Shown here one piece after another: positions 27,791-36,762 of a stretch of 64,000 bases of DNA. Each line of letters begins with the position of its first letter. Position 1 is the stretch's first letter. Below the pieces are notes generated by a model, which was not told where the DNA came from, ran no database searches, and worked only from the letters and a program-made list of their open reading frames with translations. Origin of the DNA: Polyangiaceae bacterium. Its GTDB lineage: Bacteria > Myxococcota_A > Polyangia > Polyangiales > Polyangiaceae. The position numbers and the translations under genes were made by a program. The stretch is taken from NCBI GenBank assembly GCA_033763455.1, contig JANRKO010000047.1, positions 1 to 64,000 on the forward strand, given 5' to 3'.

Positions 27791-28057
27791 TTAGAGGCTT
27801 AGTCTTTCGCGAGCAACGCCCGCGGCTATGGCCGTCGCAACGGCCTGTTCGTACTTCTCAACGAGAATGTGGGCCTCTGGCTCTCCAGAGACGATCGCTG
27901 CATTGGCGGCCGTGCGGGTGCCATCGGCTTCGGCCAAGAGGTTCATTTGTTCCGCCGTTAACCCACGGTAGCGCGCAAAGAGGAAACGGACCGTAGCGCA
28001 GGCTATGCGCGTGGATTCTGCCTCAAGTTCATCGATGTTTTCGGGGGTGATGTGCAT
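27791..28057 (-). CDS. Small helical protein, paralog of 25360..25596
   Basis: LTAEQMNLL...AAGVARERL. Confidence 0.6.
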   Translation of the reverse strand: MHITPENIDELEAESTRIACATVRFLFARYRGLTAEQMNLLAEADGTRTAANAAIVSGEPEAHILVEKYEQAVATAIAAGVARERLSL

Positions 28058-28058
28058 A

Positions 28059-28190
28059 CTAGTTGACCTCCACATCATCGGGCTCGGGCTCATACTTGGC
28101 GGGCTCCGGAGCGGGAACGGGCTCGGGGTATTCGATGGGAGGCCTCTCCGACGGGTACAAAACTGGAACGGGAGGGCGTGAATCTGTCAT
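28059..28190 (-). CDS. Pro/Glu-rich small ORF
   Basis: 43 aa, ends just before the next ATG. Confidence 0.35.
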   Translation of the reverse strand: MTDSRPPVPVLYPSERPPIEYPEPVPAPEPAKYEPEPDDVEVN

Positions 28191-28362
28191 TAGGAAACCT
28201 GTAATTGTGGAAGAGAGAAAACCAAGCGAGCCGCCCCAGGGGGAATCAACACCATCAACAAACCCTGGGGGGCTCAAGCTCGGCGCGGTATTTGGTAAAG
28301 ACTGCCGACTGCCAGCCAGGGCGCGTGGTGAAGAAAGGAGGAAACACGCGCCCCCAAAGTCT

Positions 28363-28704
28363 TTACGCCGCTTTTGGCGGCTCGGGTTGCTCCATCCCGT
28401 TCATTTGGGCGAAGAGATAATGCGCAGTTGTTCGAGGTGGGTGGGGGTTTTCAACCTGCCGAAGCTTGGGCAGTGCTGCAGCCTCTTCGGCCTGTCTGGC
28501 GATATCCAAAGCGCGTCGCTCGAAGTCGAGCGCGGCAATGTTGGTTTGCTGGAAAAGGACCGCCTCATCGCCAATGGCCCTCAGCTCACGTTGGAGCTGT
28601 GAGACACGGGCGTAGTCCCGCGCCTCGTTCGCCTTGTCGATTTCGTCTTGTTTCGCGCGGTGCGTGTTTCGCAGGCCAGCAAGGTGTTCTGTTTTTGTGG
28701 TCAT
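28363..28704 (-). CDS. Hypothetical coiled-coil protein
   Basis: ATGA overlap with the upstream gene. Confidence 0.65.
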   Translation of the reverse strand: MTTKTEHLAGLRNTHRAKQDEIDKANEARDYARVSQLQRELRAIGDEAVLFQQTNIAALDFERRALDIARQAEEAAALPKLRQVENPHPPRTTAHYLFAQMNGMEQPEPPKAA

Positions 28705-29099
28705 GGAAAGCGCGGCCCCTCGGTAAATGCGATCACTACAGAGAACGGCCTGTCTTGGCTGGGGAGTGTGCCGTCCGCGATCTCACTACCACCGTTATCC
28801 ATTACGGCGAATGTGAGATCCGTTCCTCCAACCACGGTCACCGGACCCAAGGACATTTGTTGCGTTGGATTTGATGCCTTGGTGGCGGGGATGCCGCACA
28901 TCGCATGCAATATTGTTGCTTTTTTGCCGTCGCGGCGTTGGAGCGCGATGCCGGTGGGGACGGCTGTTAAGGTGGCGTTGTCCGCCTGCGCGTACGTGCC
29001 CGCTAAAGTGAAGGTGACTAGCGCCAGGTTGTACCCTGCCACGTCCTTGTCGACCCTGAGGTGCTGTATTCCTGTAAATACGCCTGAGATTGTAGCCAT
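28701..29099 (-). CDS. Beta-rich putative virion structural protein
   Basis: Thr/Val/Gly-rich 132 aa starting MAT, downstream of terL. Function inferred from composition only. Confidence 0.5.
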   Translation of the reverse strand: MATISGVFTGIQHLRVDKDVAGYNLALVTFTLAGTYAQADNATLTAVPTGIALQRRDGKKATILHAMCGIPATKASNPTQQMSLGPVTVVGGTDLTFAVMDNGGSEIADGTLPSQDRPFSVVIAFTEGPRFP

Positions 29100-29146
29100 T
29101 AGTTAATGTCTTTCTGTTGGGGGTTAGCTCCGCCGGTCGTGCGGCG

Positions 29147-29698
29147 TTAGACGAAGTTTCGCTGGTCAGAGGGGTGCACCGGGGCGGCACAGCTTACGCG
29201 ATTCTGAACGAAGTCGGATCGGAAGTTGTTCCGGAGGTAATTGGCGAGTGCCCCCTCATAGTCATCGAATCGACATGATAGGGCGTGATCGCGAATCACT
29301 TTCCCGGCTAGAGCGGTTTGTCCAAAGCAAATATGATGATGGATTTGGTATTTGGCTCTCCAGGCGGTGCTGAAGTGCGGGAACCTATCTTCAAGCGTTG
29401 AAGGGAGGGAGGTCCAAGAATCTATGATATCGCCCGAAGCGTTGAGCTCCGGAGCGAGGCACTTGCCGTCTATTTCTCGCTTACTTCCGGTTTCGCGGAA
29501 CGAGACAAATTCGCTAGTCTTTAGCAGGCTCGGATCGGCCAGGAGTGCGGCCCGAAGGGTAGGCGCCTGCGATGGCGTACAGACAAAGCCCCCTCGGGTG
29601 AGGATTCTCAGCGCTTCGATCCAATCCTCGCTTTCTATTGCTGCATTGAATGCCTCAAGGGCTTTCGGATCTTGATTGATGTTAGTGTGCGTTTGCAT
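29147..29698 (-). CDS. Hypothetical protein
   Basis: 183-aa ORF with AAGG RBS after terL. Confidence 0.6.
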   Translation of the reverse strand: MQTHTNINQDPKALEAFNAAIESEDWIEALRILTRGGFVCTPSQAPTLRAALLADPSLLKTSEFVSFRETGSKREIDGKCLAPELNASGDIIDSWTSLPSTLEDRFPHFSTAWRAKYQIHHHICFGQTALAGKVIRDHALSCRFDDYEGALANYLRNNFRSDFVQNRVSCAAPVHPSDQRNFV

Positions 29699-29711
29699 TG
29701 TGTGCCTTTCT

Positions 29712-31232
29712 TTATGTGAAGATTGCCGCCATGTGGGCGTTGGTTTCAGGGCTTCGGCGCCCCGATATCTTGATGGGCGAGCCAGGAATGAGCCCTTCGG
29801 CGTCAGCTATCATGGAGAGGATGACGGTAGCGGCGCGGTCGTCCCTTCCCTGGCTCTTGCCAGAGAATTTGAGCACGCCACTACTGCGAATTATCTCTGA
29901 ATATCGCTTTAACTGCAACCGCAATTCGGTGTCCCCAGGATGGAAGATAACCTGGCGGTCCGCGAGCAATCGGCGCAGCCGCACAACCGCTTGTTCTTTC
30001 TGAGGCGCCGTTACGTCGACAGGGCGGAACTGGATCTGAAAGCGGCGAAAGTGGGAGGCAAACCCGTTGGCTCCGAATTGATCACCCACGACCCGGCAAG
30101 CGTTCCAATCCCACGCCGTGCGGTAGATTGAAGCCGCAACGTCTTCTTCACGTTCATAGAAGTTCGTACCTTGAAAAGGGCCAAACTCCAGGTAAGGGGC
30201 GGTGAAGTGTTCAGCCCCGGGCTTGAGCAGGGGGCGGGCGTTGTGGTCTCGAAGAACCTTGCCGTTAGCTTGCTGGTAGAGCTCCTCAACAATGTTCCCT
30301 TCGCTATCAGTGAGGGGCCGCGTAAAATCAAGCGGCTCACCAAGGAAGTGTTGGCGCCAGACGCATGGAGCCCATGCCGTTTCGTCGCGACCCAACCCGC
30401 GGGAGGCATCCATCACCACGATCGGGTAATCGAGGGCTTTGCCCTGGCGGTTGTGCTTGAATGCCGCATCGATCAAATCGGCATCGAAGGCCGCGCTAAT
30501 GCTCGCCTGTGGGATTGCTGCATACTCGCGTGCCCATACACGTTCGTCCGGTTCAAGCCGTTTGGTCTGCTCTTTGGTGATGCTGGGATTCGCTACCCAC
30601 GTAGCCGCTTCGCAGAAATATTGAGATTCATCCGTGCCAAGGGCGCACCGATCGAAGTGGTAATCTGTTGTCCCGAGTGGACTGCTCACCAAGATGCGAC
30701 GGGCGCCCGGGTGGGTGACTGTCATCGCGTTCAAGGAGGCGCACACTTCGGCGGCTGGATTGGCTAGGTCAGACTGAGAGCGCCACTTGCTGAGCTCATC
30801 GGCGCTGTATCCGAAGCAGCGGAAGCCGGACACCGCGCCCACCTGGCACGCAAACACCCGCCAACCCCGGGGCATGTGGCGCAAGATGATCTCGTCACCG
30901 TTGCGATCGAAGGCAATCGAGAGGTCTGAAAGCAGGCGCTCGATAAGGCGAAGCCGTTGGGAAGCCTCATCCTTGTTCTGGCTGACGTAGGCCCAGAAGT
31001 GGATCTCACCGGGTGGAATGCTCCAATCGGCAAAGAGAACTTCGTTCACGCTGAGCTTGGTTTGGCTGTGGCTCTTAACGCCACCCCGTCCAACGCGAGC
31101 AACGAACGTCCTAGCCGTTGGGTGCTGATAGAACGCGCGGTAGTGGCCCTGCCACCACTCGGGAAGCGGCTGGTGTCCACGGGATACCCACTTGGAATCC
31201 AGGCCCATGAGGCTTTCGAAGGTGGCGGTCAC
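29712..31232 (-). CDS. terL: Terminase large subunit-like protein
   Basis: Walker A-like RVGRGGVKS, Walker B YSADE, motif III VSSP, W.REY.A linker, nuclease VMDAS...DETA and RDD. Confidence 0.8.
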   Translation of the reverse strand: MTATFESLMGLDSKWVSRGHQPLPEWWQGHYRAFYQHPTARTFVARVGRGGVKSHSQTKLSVNEVLFADWSIPPGEIHFWAYVSQNKDEASQRLRLIERLLSDLSIAFDRNGDEIILRHMPRGWRVFACQVGAVSGFRCFGYSADELSKWRSQSDLANPAAEVCASLNAMTVTHPGARRILVSSPLGTTDYHFDRCALGTDESQYFCEAATWVANPSITKEQTKRLEPDERVWAREYAAIPQASISAAFDADLIDAAFKHNRQGKALDYPIVVMDASRGLGRDETAWAPCVWRQHFLGEPLDFTRPLTDSEGNIVEELYQQANGKVLRDHNARPLLKPGAEHFTAPYLEFGPFQGTNFYEREEDVAASIYRTAWDWNACRVVGDQFGANGFASHFRRFQIQFRPVDVTAPQKEQAVVRLRRLLADRQVIFHPGDTELRLQLKRYSEIIRSSGVLKFSGKSQGRDDRAATVILSMIADAEGLIPGSPIKISGRRSPETNAHMAAIFT

Positions 31233-31762
31233 GGCTTGGCCCCGATCGCGGCGTTGATCTCGTCCAGAACCCGTTGGGTTGAGTTTTGCTGTGGGCGGGA
31301 CCGATGGATGCGCTCGGCCTCATCTCTCGCGGTGACGGCAAGGCGCTCGGCCCTAGCGTCCAGCTTGAGCGACATGTCTAGGAGCTTTGACCCCTGCTCA
31401 TCGAACAGCCCCTGTTCCACCGCCTTGGCTGCGAACCTGGCAGAGAGCACGGACCACCGTGCCCGGCGGGCAATGAGATCTTGAACCTCGGGTGAGTCGT
31501 TCGAAGGTAGGCTTGTGAGCAGCTTGCGGAACAGCTGAAGGGAATCCTTGTACAGCTGGGCTACTTCTTCGGTGCCCGCACTGGGGCCGAGCTGCTTCCG
31601 GATGATGGCTTTGATGGCACGCTCCTCCGCGGCTCGGTTGCCCGGGGCGAAACGACCTCCCGCAACCCGATTACCGTCCGGTTTGGGCGCCGAATACTCG
31701 GGAAGGTTCTTGCGCCGGGGAGGCTGGGGCCTGAGGCGCTTGTGTTCATTGACGCGGGCCAT
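31229..31762 (-). CDS. Putative terminase small subunit
   Basis: GRFAPGN motif, helical, GTGA-coupled directly upstream of terL. Confidence 0.5.
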   Translation of the reverse strand: MARVNEHKRLRPQPPRRKNLPEYSAPKPDGNRVAGGRFAPGNRAAEERAIKAIIRKQLGPSAGTEEVAQLYKDSLQLFRKLLTSLPSNDSPEVQDLIARRARWSVLSARFAAKAVEQGLFDEQGSKLLDMSLKLDARAERLAVTARDEAERIHRSRPQQNSTQRVLDEINAAIGAKP

Positions 31763-32055
31763 TACGCAACCCCTCCCGTGCGCGCGTGCGTATTGGTTAG
31801 TTCCCAATCCAGCGTCTGCCCGGTGGTAACGTCCAGAACCTCGCCGCTGTTGTCCCGGACGGTAACCCGCCACCTAGCGCCATTGGTGGGTTGGGCGCTG
31901 AACACTTGGGGCTGAACACCAGAGGCCTCAGGAGCGACCGCGGAGAGAAGCAGCGTGCCTAGCGCGGTCCGGCGGGTGAAACGCAGTCCTGGGCCATCCT
32001 GGCGAAAGCGCGGGGCGGAAATGGTGGGGTTCGGTGAGGGGGTAGTATCAGGCAT
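31762..32055 (-). CDS. Hypothetical protein
   Basis: GGAGGAG RBS, TAATG overlap with the next gene. Confidence 0.55.
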   Translation of the reverse strand: MPDTTPSPNPTISAPRFRQDGPGLRFTRRTALGTLLLSAVAPEASGVQPQVFSAQPTNGARWRVTVRDNSGEVLDVTTGQTLDWELTNTHARTGGVA

Positions 32056-32482
32056 GGGTGTGCTCCTCCGGCTCGGGCCGGGGTGGAAGGTGGACGGGAA
32101 GCCCGCCAACAAAACGCGGCATTTCGTGGGTGTTTTCGCTCCGTGCAGAAAATCCCGCGCAAGAAAGCAATCTCTGCCCAACAGAGAGTAAGCGGGAATC
32201 ATGCTGTTTTCGTGCGCCAAGCCCTAAGCTGCCTACGCTTGTGTTCGTTGGGTCGGATGGATGATTGCCGGCGTTGGCGGCGTCAGCTCCGATCAACGTC
32301 GCGAACGAGGGGCGCAGACCACTCGCTAGAAGGCCCCGTGCTGCTCCTGAGCGCCTCTGTGGCTTCGTTTCACGAGGTGCACCCAAGATGCCCAGGCCTG
32401 CCAGGGGGGCAAATGCCGGGTCTGAGATTCCGGGTTTCGGTGCCCACGTGTGTGGCGCTGGTATATCCAATGGCCCCCAGAC

Positions 32483-32648
32483 CGTGTGCTGACTCTCTCT
32501 GGCTAACCAGTGCTGAAGGCCGTCGTGTTCGGACCGTGTGTCGTGTGCTGGCCCCCCTAGTACCCCCCGTGCGTGAGCACACGACACGCTGGGAGCGTGT
32601 GTCGGTGCACACACACGTGTGCTGGCACACTCAACACACGGCACACGC
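32483..32648. repeat. Cluster of GTGTGCTG-type direct and inverted repeats, candidate replication origin
   Basis: gtgtcgtgtgct (32538) and agcacacgacac (32576) are inverted; cgtgtgctggc occurs at 32542 and 32616. Confidence 0.55.
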
Positions 32649-32649
32649 C

Positions 32650-34407
32650 TCATGATTGCACCTCAGCTTTTGCCCACTGCCTGGCGCTCCTTTGGCGACC
32701 GTCGCTCAGGTCAACGGCTCGCCCTGTTTCCAGAAGCTCAGCCATGGTGTTTAGGATCCGGTGGGCTCCCCACTTGTGCCCCCGCTTCTCCAGAGCCACT
32801 TCGAGCGCTCCCCGGCTGAACGTGTTCGGCTGCTCAGGCAGAAGGCTTTCCACCAAGTCGCAGTCCGCCCTGAACCCAACCTGAACCCGGGCCTGTTTGG
32901 CTTCCGCCTTCACTTCGGGCGACGCATGCTCACGGAGACCCGAAGCCGCTCGGAGCTCCTCGGCTTCCTCGGGCGTTGCAGCCCTAAGGACACCCGAGGT
33001 GCGGAGCCAACCGCCACCCGGGAGTTGTTCGTCTTGCATGCGGACCAGCCACAAGGGGTCAGCCTCGGGCGCCAGGTTGTTCTTCGAGTTTTCGAGCAAC
33101 ACGCCCTGAAGCTCAGCCGTCCGAACCTTGCTCAGTGTGAAGGCCGCCCTGAAACCGTTGCGTAACCCCGTTACACCTCGAACATCGGCCCCGCCAGCCC
33201 TGCCACTCGTCTTTGAGCTGTGGTGCGTCACCATGACGCCGGGCTCACCCGTGACACGAATAGCAATCGATTCGACGGCCTGAACAAAGGCGGTTGCAAG
33301 CCCGTTGTCTGATTCAGCGTTGCCTGAAGCGAACCTAGCAAGCGGATCGATTGCAACGAACGCCCATTCGAACCCACCCTTTTCGGCTTCATCGTTCAGC
33401 CGCTGAACTATCGCCTCCAAGAATTCGGTGCGCCGGGGATTGTGCGCTTGATCCACTGACAAGAAAGAAACCTCGTGCCCCGTCAATAGGAATAACAAGA
33501 TCTTCTCTTGGACCTGAAGCCTCTCCTCTGCACCCAAGCCGAGCGCGTTGCAGATCCGATAGAGCCGATCCTGACATTCTTCGGCGTCATCCTCACCCAT
33601 GAGGAGCGCAATGCGTCCGCAGTTAACCTCCGGTTGAAAGGCATCAAACAGCTTGCGCCCGAGGCCCAGGCAGACAGCCATCAAAAGAGCAATGAACGAC
33701 TTGCCCACGCCGCCATCGGCTGCAAGTACGAACACTTTCCCGCGGCGGAGTAGCGGCACGGGCTTGCCTGAGCGGACGTCGTTAAACAACCAACGGCGCT
33801 TGGGCGGTTCGGTAGCTAGATCTAAACTGCTCAGCCAAATTGCTGGCAATTCCATTGGCTTCTGTCGTTCGAGAAGGAGCAAGAGAGCGGCGGCTTTGGG
33901 CCATTCCTTTTGCTCTATGAGTTCCAGAATCTCAGCGATCAGGGTCGCCGTTTCGGCTGATTCCTCTTCCGTGCTCGCCTCGCCAGACTCCGGAGCATCG
34001 TCGGAATCATGCGCTGAACCATTCGTTCCCCTGCCGTTGGTGTGCGGCCTCTCGGCTCTTGGTGGCGCCTGCCTCGGCTGCTTCTCGCCGGCACCAAATG
34101 CACTATTGAGCGTGGCCCTAATCTCCCCATCTCCAAGCCCGCATTGCTTGGCCGCATGGTGTAAAGCCGCGCGGGCCTCGGCTTCACCGAGCTGGCCACC
34201 TGATACAAGTTGCGCGACCGAAAAGGCCGACGTGTTCAGCTGATTATTTCGTTCGCCTTCGGCTGCCGAGGCTACCGCGGAGCATTCGCGCTCAAGTGCC
34301 GCCCTACCGTACGGCGTGCCTCCGTCGACGGCCTTGGCCCGCGGCGTTGAATCATTCGCCGGCTCCGGCCGTTTGCGGTTCTTGCCGATTGCTTCTTCCC
34401 AGCTCAC
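32650..34407 (-). CDS. RecA-like replicative helicase (AAA_25/RepA type) with N-terminal primase-accessory-like region
   Basis: GERNNQLN..AF, Walker A ADGGVGKS, FVAIDPL, VTHHSSK, RG...L, KNN. Confidence 0.8.
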   Translation of the reverse strand: MSWEEAIGKNRKRPEPANDSTPRAKAVDGGTPYGRAALERECSAVASAAEGERNNQLNTSAFSVAQLVSGGQLGEAEARAALHHAAKQCGLGDGEIRATLNSAFGAGEKQPRQAPPRAERPHTNGRGTNGSAHDSDDAPESGEASTEEESAETATLIAEILELIEQKEWPKAAALLLLLERQKPMELPAIWLSSLDLATEPPKRRWLFNDVRSGKPVPLLRRGKVFVLAADGGVGKSFIALLMAVCLGLGRKLFDAFQPEVNCGRIALLMGEDDAEECQDRLYRICNALGLGAEERLQVQEKILLFLLTGHEVSFLSVDQAHNPRRTEFLEAIVQRLNDEAEKGGFEWAFVAIDPLARFASGNAESDNGLATAFVQAVESIAIRVTGEPGVMVTHHSSKTSGRAGGADVRGVTGLRNGFRAAFTLSKVRTAELQGVLLENSKNNLAPEADPLWLVRMQDEQLPGGGWLRTSGVLRAATPEEAEELRAASGLREHASPEVKAEAKQARVQVGFRADCDLVESLLPEQPNTFSRGALEVALEKRGHKWGAHRILNTMAELLETGRAVDLSDGRQRSARQWAKAEVQS

Positions 34408-35042
34408 GGAAGCACCGCCGGTTCCTGGCAGTTGACCCACCGGTACGTTGCGCCGCTGGCATGCCTGCTCGGACCCACAACGATTTGACCGCCACGGCTC
34501 CGAACGTCGATGCCCGGTGCTATCCGTACCGCATTGCCGAAGTTGGCTGAATCTGAAACTCGAAATAACAAGTGAAAGCCTTTGGCCGTCTTGGCCGTGA
34601 GAGTTTGCGGGAGTTTCCCGTGCTCAGCTTCGAGCGGAGCTAAGAGTTCAAGCGCGCCATCCACATCGATCGCGATCACATCGAACCCACCAGGCTGCGG
34701 CCCCATGCGGAGACCAACGTTCAAGCGCCAGTCTTTCTCCAAGCCAGCAAGCAACGCCGGAACGTCGAGCGCTGCAGACTGCCATCCCTGCGCAACGGGA
34801 TGTTTGCCGGCTGCCCCACAACCAGGCCGGCCACAGGTGCACGAACCATCGGCGGCAATGCCGTGTAGCAAGATCGGATGTAGCCCAAGCTTGGCGTAAA
34901 TGCGGATGGCGTCGAGCTTGTCTGTTTGGGCGATCCATTGAAGCCGATCCCACCCCTGCAACTGCAACGGGGAAGCCGAATCCATCAGCCGCTGAACCTC
35001 AGCCTCTGGAACAATCGCATAGGGATCGGGCTTGGTGCTCAT
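34404..35042 (-). CDS. Bifunctional DNA primase/polymerase (Prim-Pol)
   Basis: CTCG..C..GKHP, NVGLRMG, IDVD, T.KG.HLLF, DVRSRGGQIVVGPSRH.SG..YRW. Confidence 0.9.
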   Translation of the reverse strand: MSTKPDPYAIVPEAEVQRLMDSASPLQLQGWDRLQWIAQTDKLDAIRIYAKLGLHPILLHGIAADGSCTCGRPGCGAAGKHPVAQGWQSAALDVPALLAGLEKDWRLNVGLRMGPQPGGFDVIAIDVDGALELLAPLEAEHGKLPQTLTAKTAKGFHLLFRVSDSANFGNAVRIAPGIDVRSRGGQIVVGPSRHASGATYRWVNCQEPAVLP

Positions 35043-35356
35043 GCTTCGCCCCTGCACTGCCGACACACGACGCCTTGGCCCTTGGTCCACCACACGCGAT
35101 CGCCGACATCAATGGCCCGGGCGCAATCGCGACAAAAGCTGTTGAACCGCGAATCAATCCACCGCCCAGGTGATGCCGGTTGGCTCGCCCGCGCAGCTGG
35201 AGCGAGTGCTTGGCACTGACCGGGCTCGTGGAGCTGCAAGCCATGTTCAGCGATCATTTTCGCTAGGATGACGCCACAGGTTCGCGCCTCTTCGGGAGGG
35301 GTGCCAGAGTGCGCGGCACGACTGACTAGCGCCAGGGCGCGTGCCGCGATGCTCAC
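35039..35356 (-). CDS. DUF2786-like N-terminus plus C-terminal zinc finger
   Basis: AL...A...TPPEEART......KMI..HGL and CRDC...CRQC. Confidence 0.55.
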   Translation of the reverse strand: MSIAARALALVSRAAHSGTPPEEARTCGVILAKMIAEHGLQLHEPGQCQALAPAARASQPASPGRWIDSRFNSFCRDCARAIDVGDRVWWTKGQGVVCRQCRGEA

Positions 35357-35799
35357 CTGGAACCCCGCGGAGCTGGCTTGCCACAGCCAAGATGTGCAGA
35401 CTTTTTCAGCTCGCGATGATAGACAATCGAGTCGCCAACCTGGTACCCATTGCCACAAACCACGCACTTGCCGGCATATTTTGATTCCATCGGGATTCCC
35501 ACGAACGGGCTCGGCACCGACATATCGGGCTCACCGCGGGTAGCCTGTGCTTGTGCCGCCGCGGGCTGGCTAGCCACCTCGGAGCGCAGCTTGGTGAGCT
35601 CCTCGATTACCTGAGGAAGCTCCCTATCCCGAAGTGTGCAGCCCTTCTTGGTGGGCAAAAGCTGCCCCGAATCCCCTCGAAAGAAGATCCGCAGGTCCGT
35701 GAACGGCTTACCGTTGTAGGTTTTGCGTGAGATCCGGAGTGTATCGGTGCCACGCTCAAACTCCAAAAGCACCACTCCGTCGGAGTCGTTTTCGCTCAT
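35353..35799 (-). CDS. PC4/YdbC-family ssDNA-binding protein plus zinc finger
   Basis: LRISRKTYNGKPFTDLRIFF..G.LLPTKKG.TL and CVVC...H..C. Confidence 0.8.
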   Translation of the reverse strand: MSENDSDGVVLLEFERGTDTLRISRKTYNGKPFTDLRIFFRGDSGQLLPTKKGCTLRDRELPQVIEELTKLRSEVASQPAAAQAQATRGEPDMSVPSPFVGIPMESKYAGKCVVCGNGYQVGDSIVYHRELKKSAHLGCGKPAPRGSR

Positions 35800-35975
35800 T
35801 GTGCCGCCTCGCTCACCCAAAACTCAGGAGTAAGAATGCAGCGCAATTCCCACCCTTGGGAGCGCCGAAGCTCGGAGGCGTCAATCTTCCCACGCGCTGC
35901 GGACAAGGCCTGAGCAACTTCGTACTCGCCATTTTCAATGGCACGCCGGATCTCGCGATCAAGTGCGGCGCTCAT
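35796..35975 (-). CDS. Small hypothetical protein (59 aa, below the ORF-track cutoff)
   Basis: MSAALDREIRRAIENGEYEVAQ..., ATGA overlaps on both sides. Confidence 0.55.
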   Translation of the reverse strand: MSAALDREIRRAIENGEYEVAQALSAARGKIDASELRRSQGWELRCILTPEFWVSEAAQ

Positions 35976-36133
35976 CGGGTCCGCCTCCCAGCCTTCGCGG
36001 CCTCGCGAAACAGCCCGGCAACCTCGCGTGAAATGGACCGGTGCCGGCGCGCCTGTTGGATCGCCAGGATGCGTTGGCGTTGCGATTCCCGGGCGTTTGC
36101 CGTGGTAGTGGGCTCAACGTGAACGGCGCTCAT
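35972..36133 (-). CDS. Small hypothetical protein
   Basis: ATGA overlaps on both sides. Confidence 0.5.
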   Translation of the reverse strand: MSAVHVEPTTTANARESQRQRILAIQQARRHRSISREVAGLFREAAKAGRRTR

Positions 36134-36432
36134 TTTCCGCCGCTCCCGGTTGCGGCCAAAACTTCCGACCACAGGTATCGAGGCGAGTCGCCGACCTTAC
36201 GGACTGGCAATTTGCCTGCCTTTGTCATCTTGTGAACCGTGGTTGAGCTCACGCTCAACCGCTGTGCCAGCTCCGAAGCTGAGAGGAGTCTCTCAGCGTC
36301 TGAAACTTCATCGGCGAGAGTTGCCCCACCAAGCCGCTGAATTATCACGTCGGCCACAGCGCTGGCCAGTTCGCCGCAGGTCGCGTGAACTGCCAACTTG
36401 CTTTCTAATGAATCCTTGATTAAAGTGCTCAT
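36130..36432 (-). CDS. Excisionase-like winged HTH (HTH_17)
   Basis: LLSASELAQRLSVSSTTVHKMTKAGKLPVRKVG..RY. Confidence 0.8.
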   Translation of the reverse strand: MSTLIKDSLESKLAVHATCGELASAVADVIIQRLGGATLADEVSDAERLLSASELAQRLSVSSTTVHKMTKAGKLPVRKVGDSPRYLWSEVLAATGSGGK

Positions 36433-36514
36433 TGTCTCGATCCTTTGCGCCCCGCTGCTAGAAACAGTTGGGGCGCACGCTTTTCAGCGTCCGGAGCCCA
36501 AGGGGCATTGATGG

Positions 36515-36712
36515 TTATGCAGCCTTTGCAGCCGTTAAGCGCTGCTCAAGCAGTAAGATGGTCCCTGGTGTCACCGGCAAACCGGCAGCAAGACGCATGA
36601 CGGTAGTGTCTGAAATGCCCAGCAAAGCGCTGGTTTTTCGTACCGATCGTTCAGTGATCAGGTCACGGACCTGTTTGACTAGATATGGACTTGCGGAGAT
36701 TGGCTTGGCCAT
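36515..36712 (-). CDS. Small HTH (Cro-like) protein
   Basis: SVRKTSALLGISDTTVMRLAAG. Confidence 0.6.
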   Translation of the reverse strand: MAKPISASPYLVKQVRDLITERSVRKTSALLGISDTTVMRLAAGLPVTPGTILLLEQRLTAAKAA

Positions 36713-36762
36713 GTGGCACCTCTAATCAGGTGTGCCGCAATGGATTCGCTTCTATCTCCGCG

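Noticed and set aside
32048..32655. ORFs of 190-201 aa on both strands
   Set aside because: Composition driven by CACAC/GTGTG repeats and no recognisable motifs; better read as non-coding.
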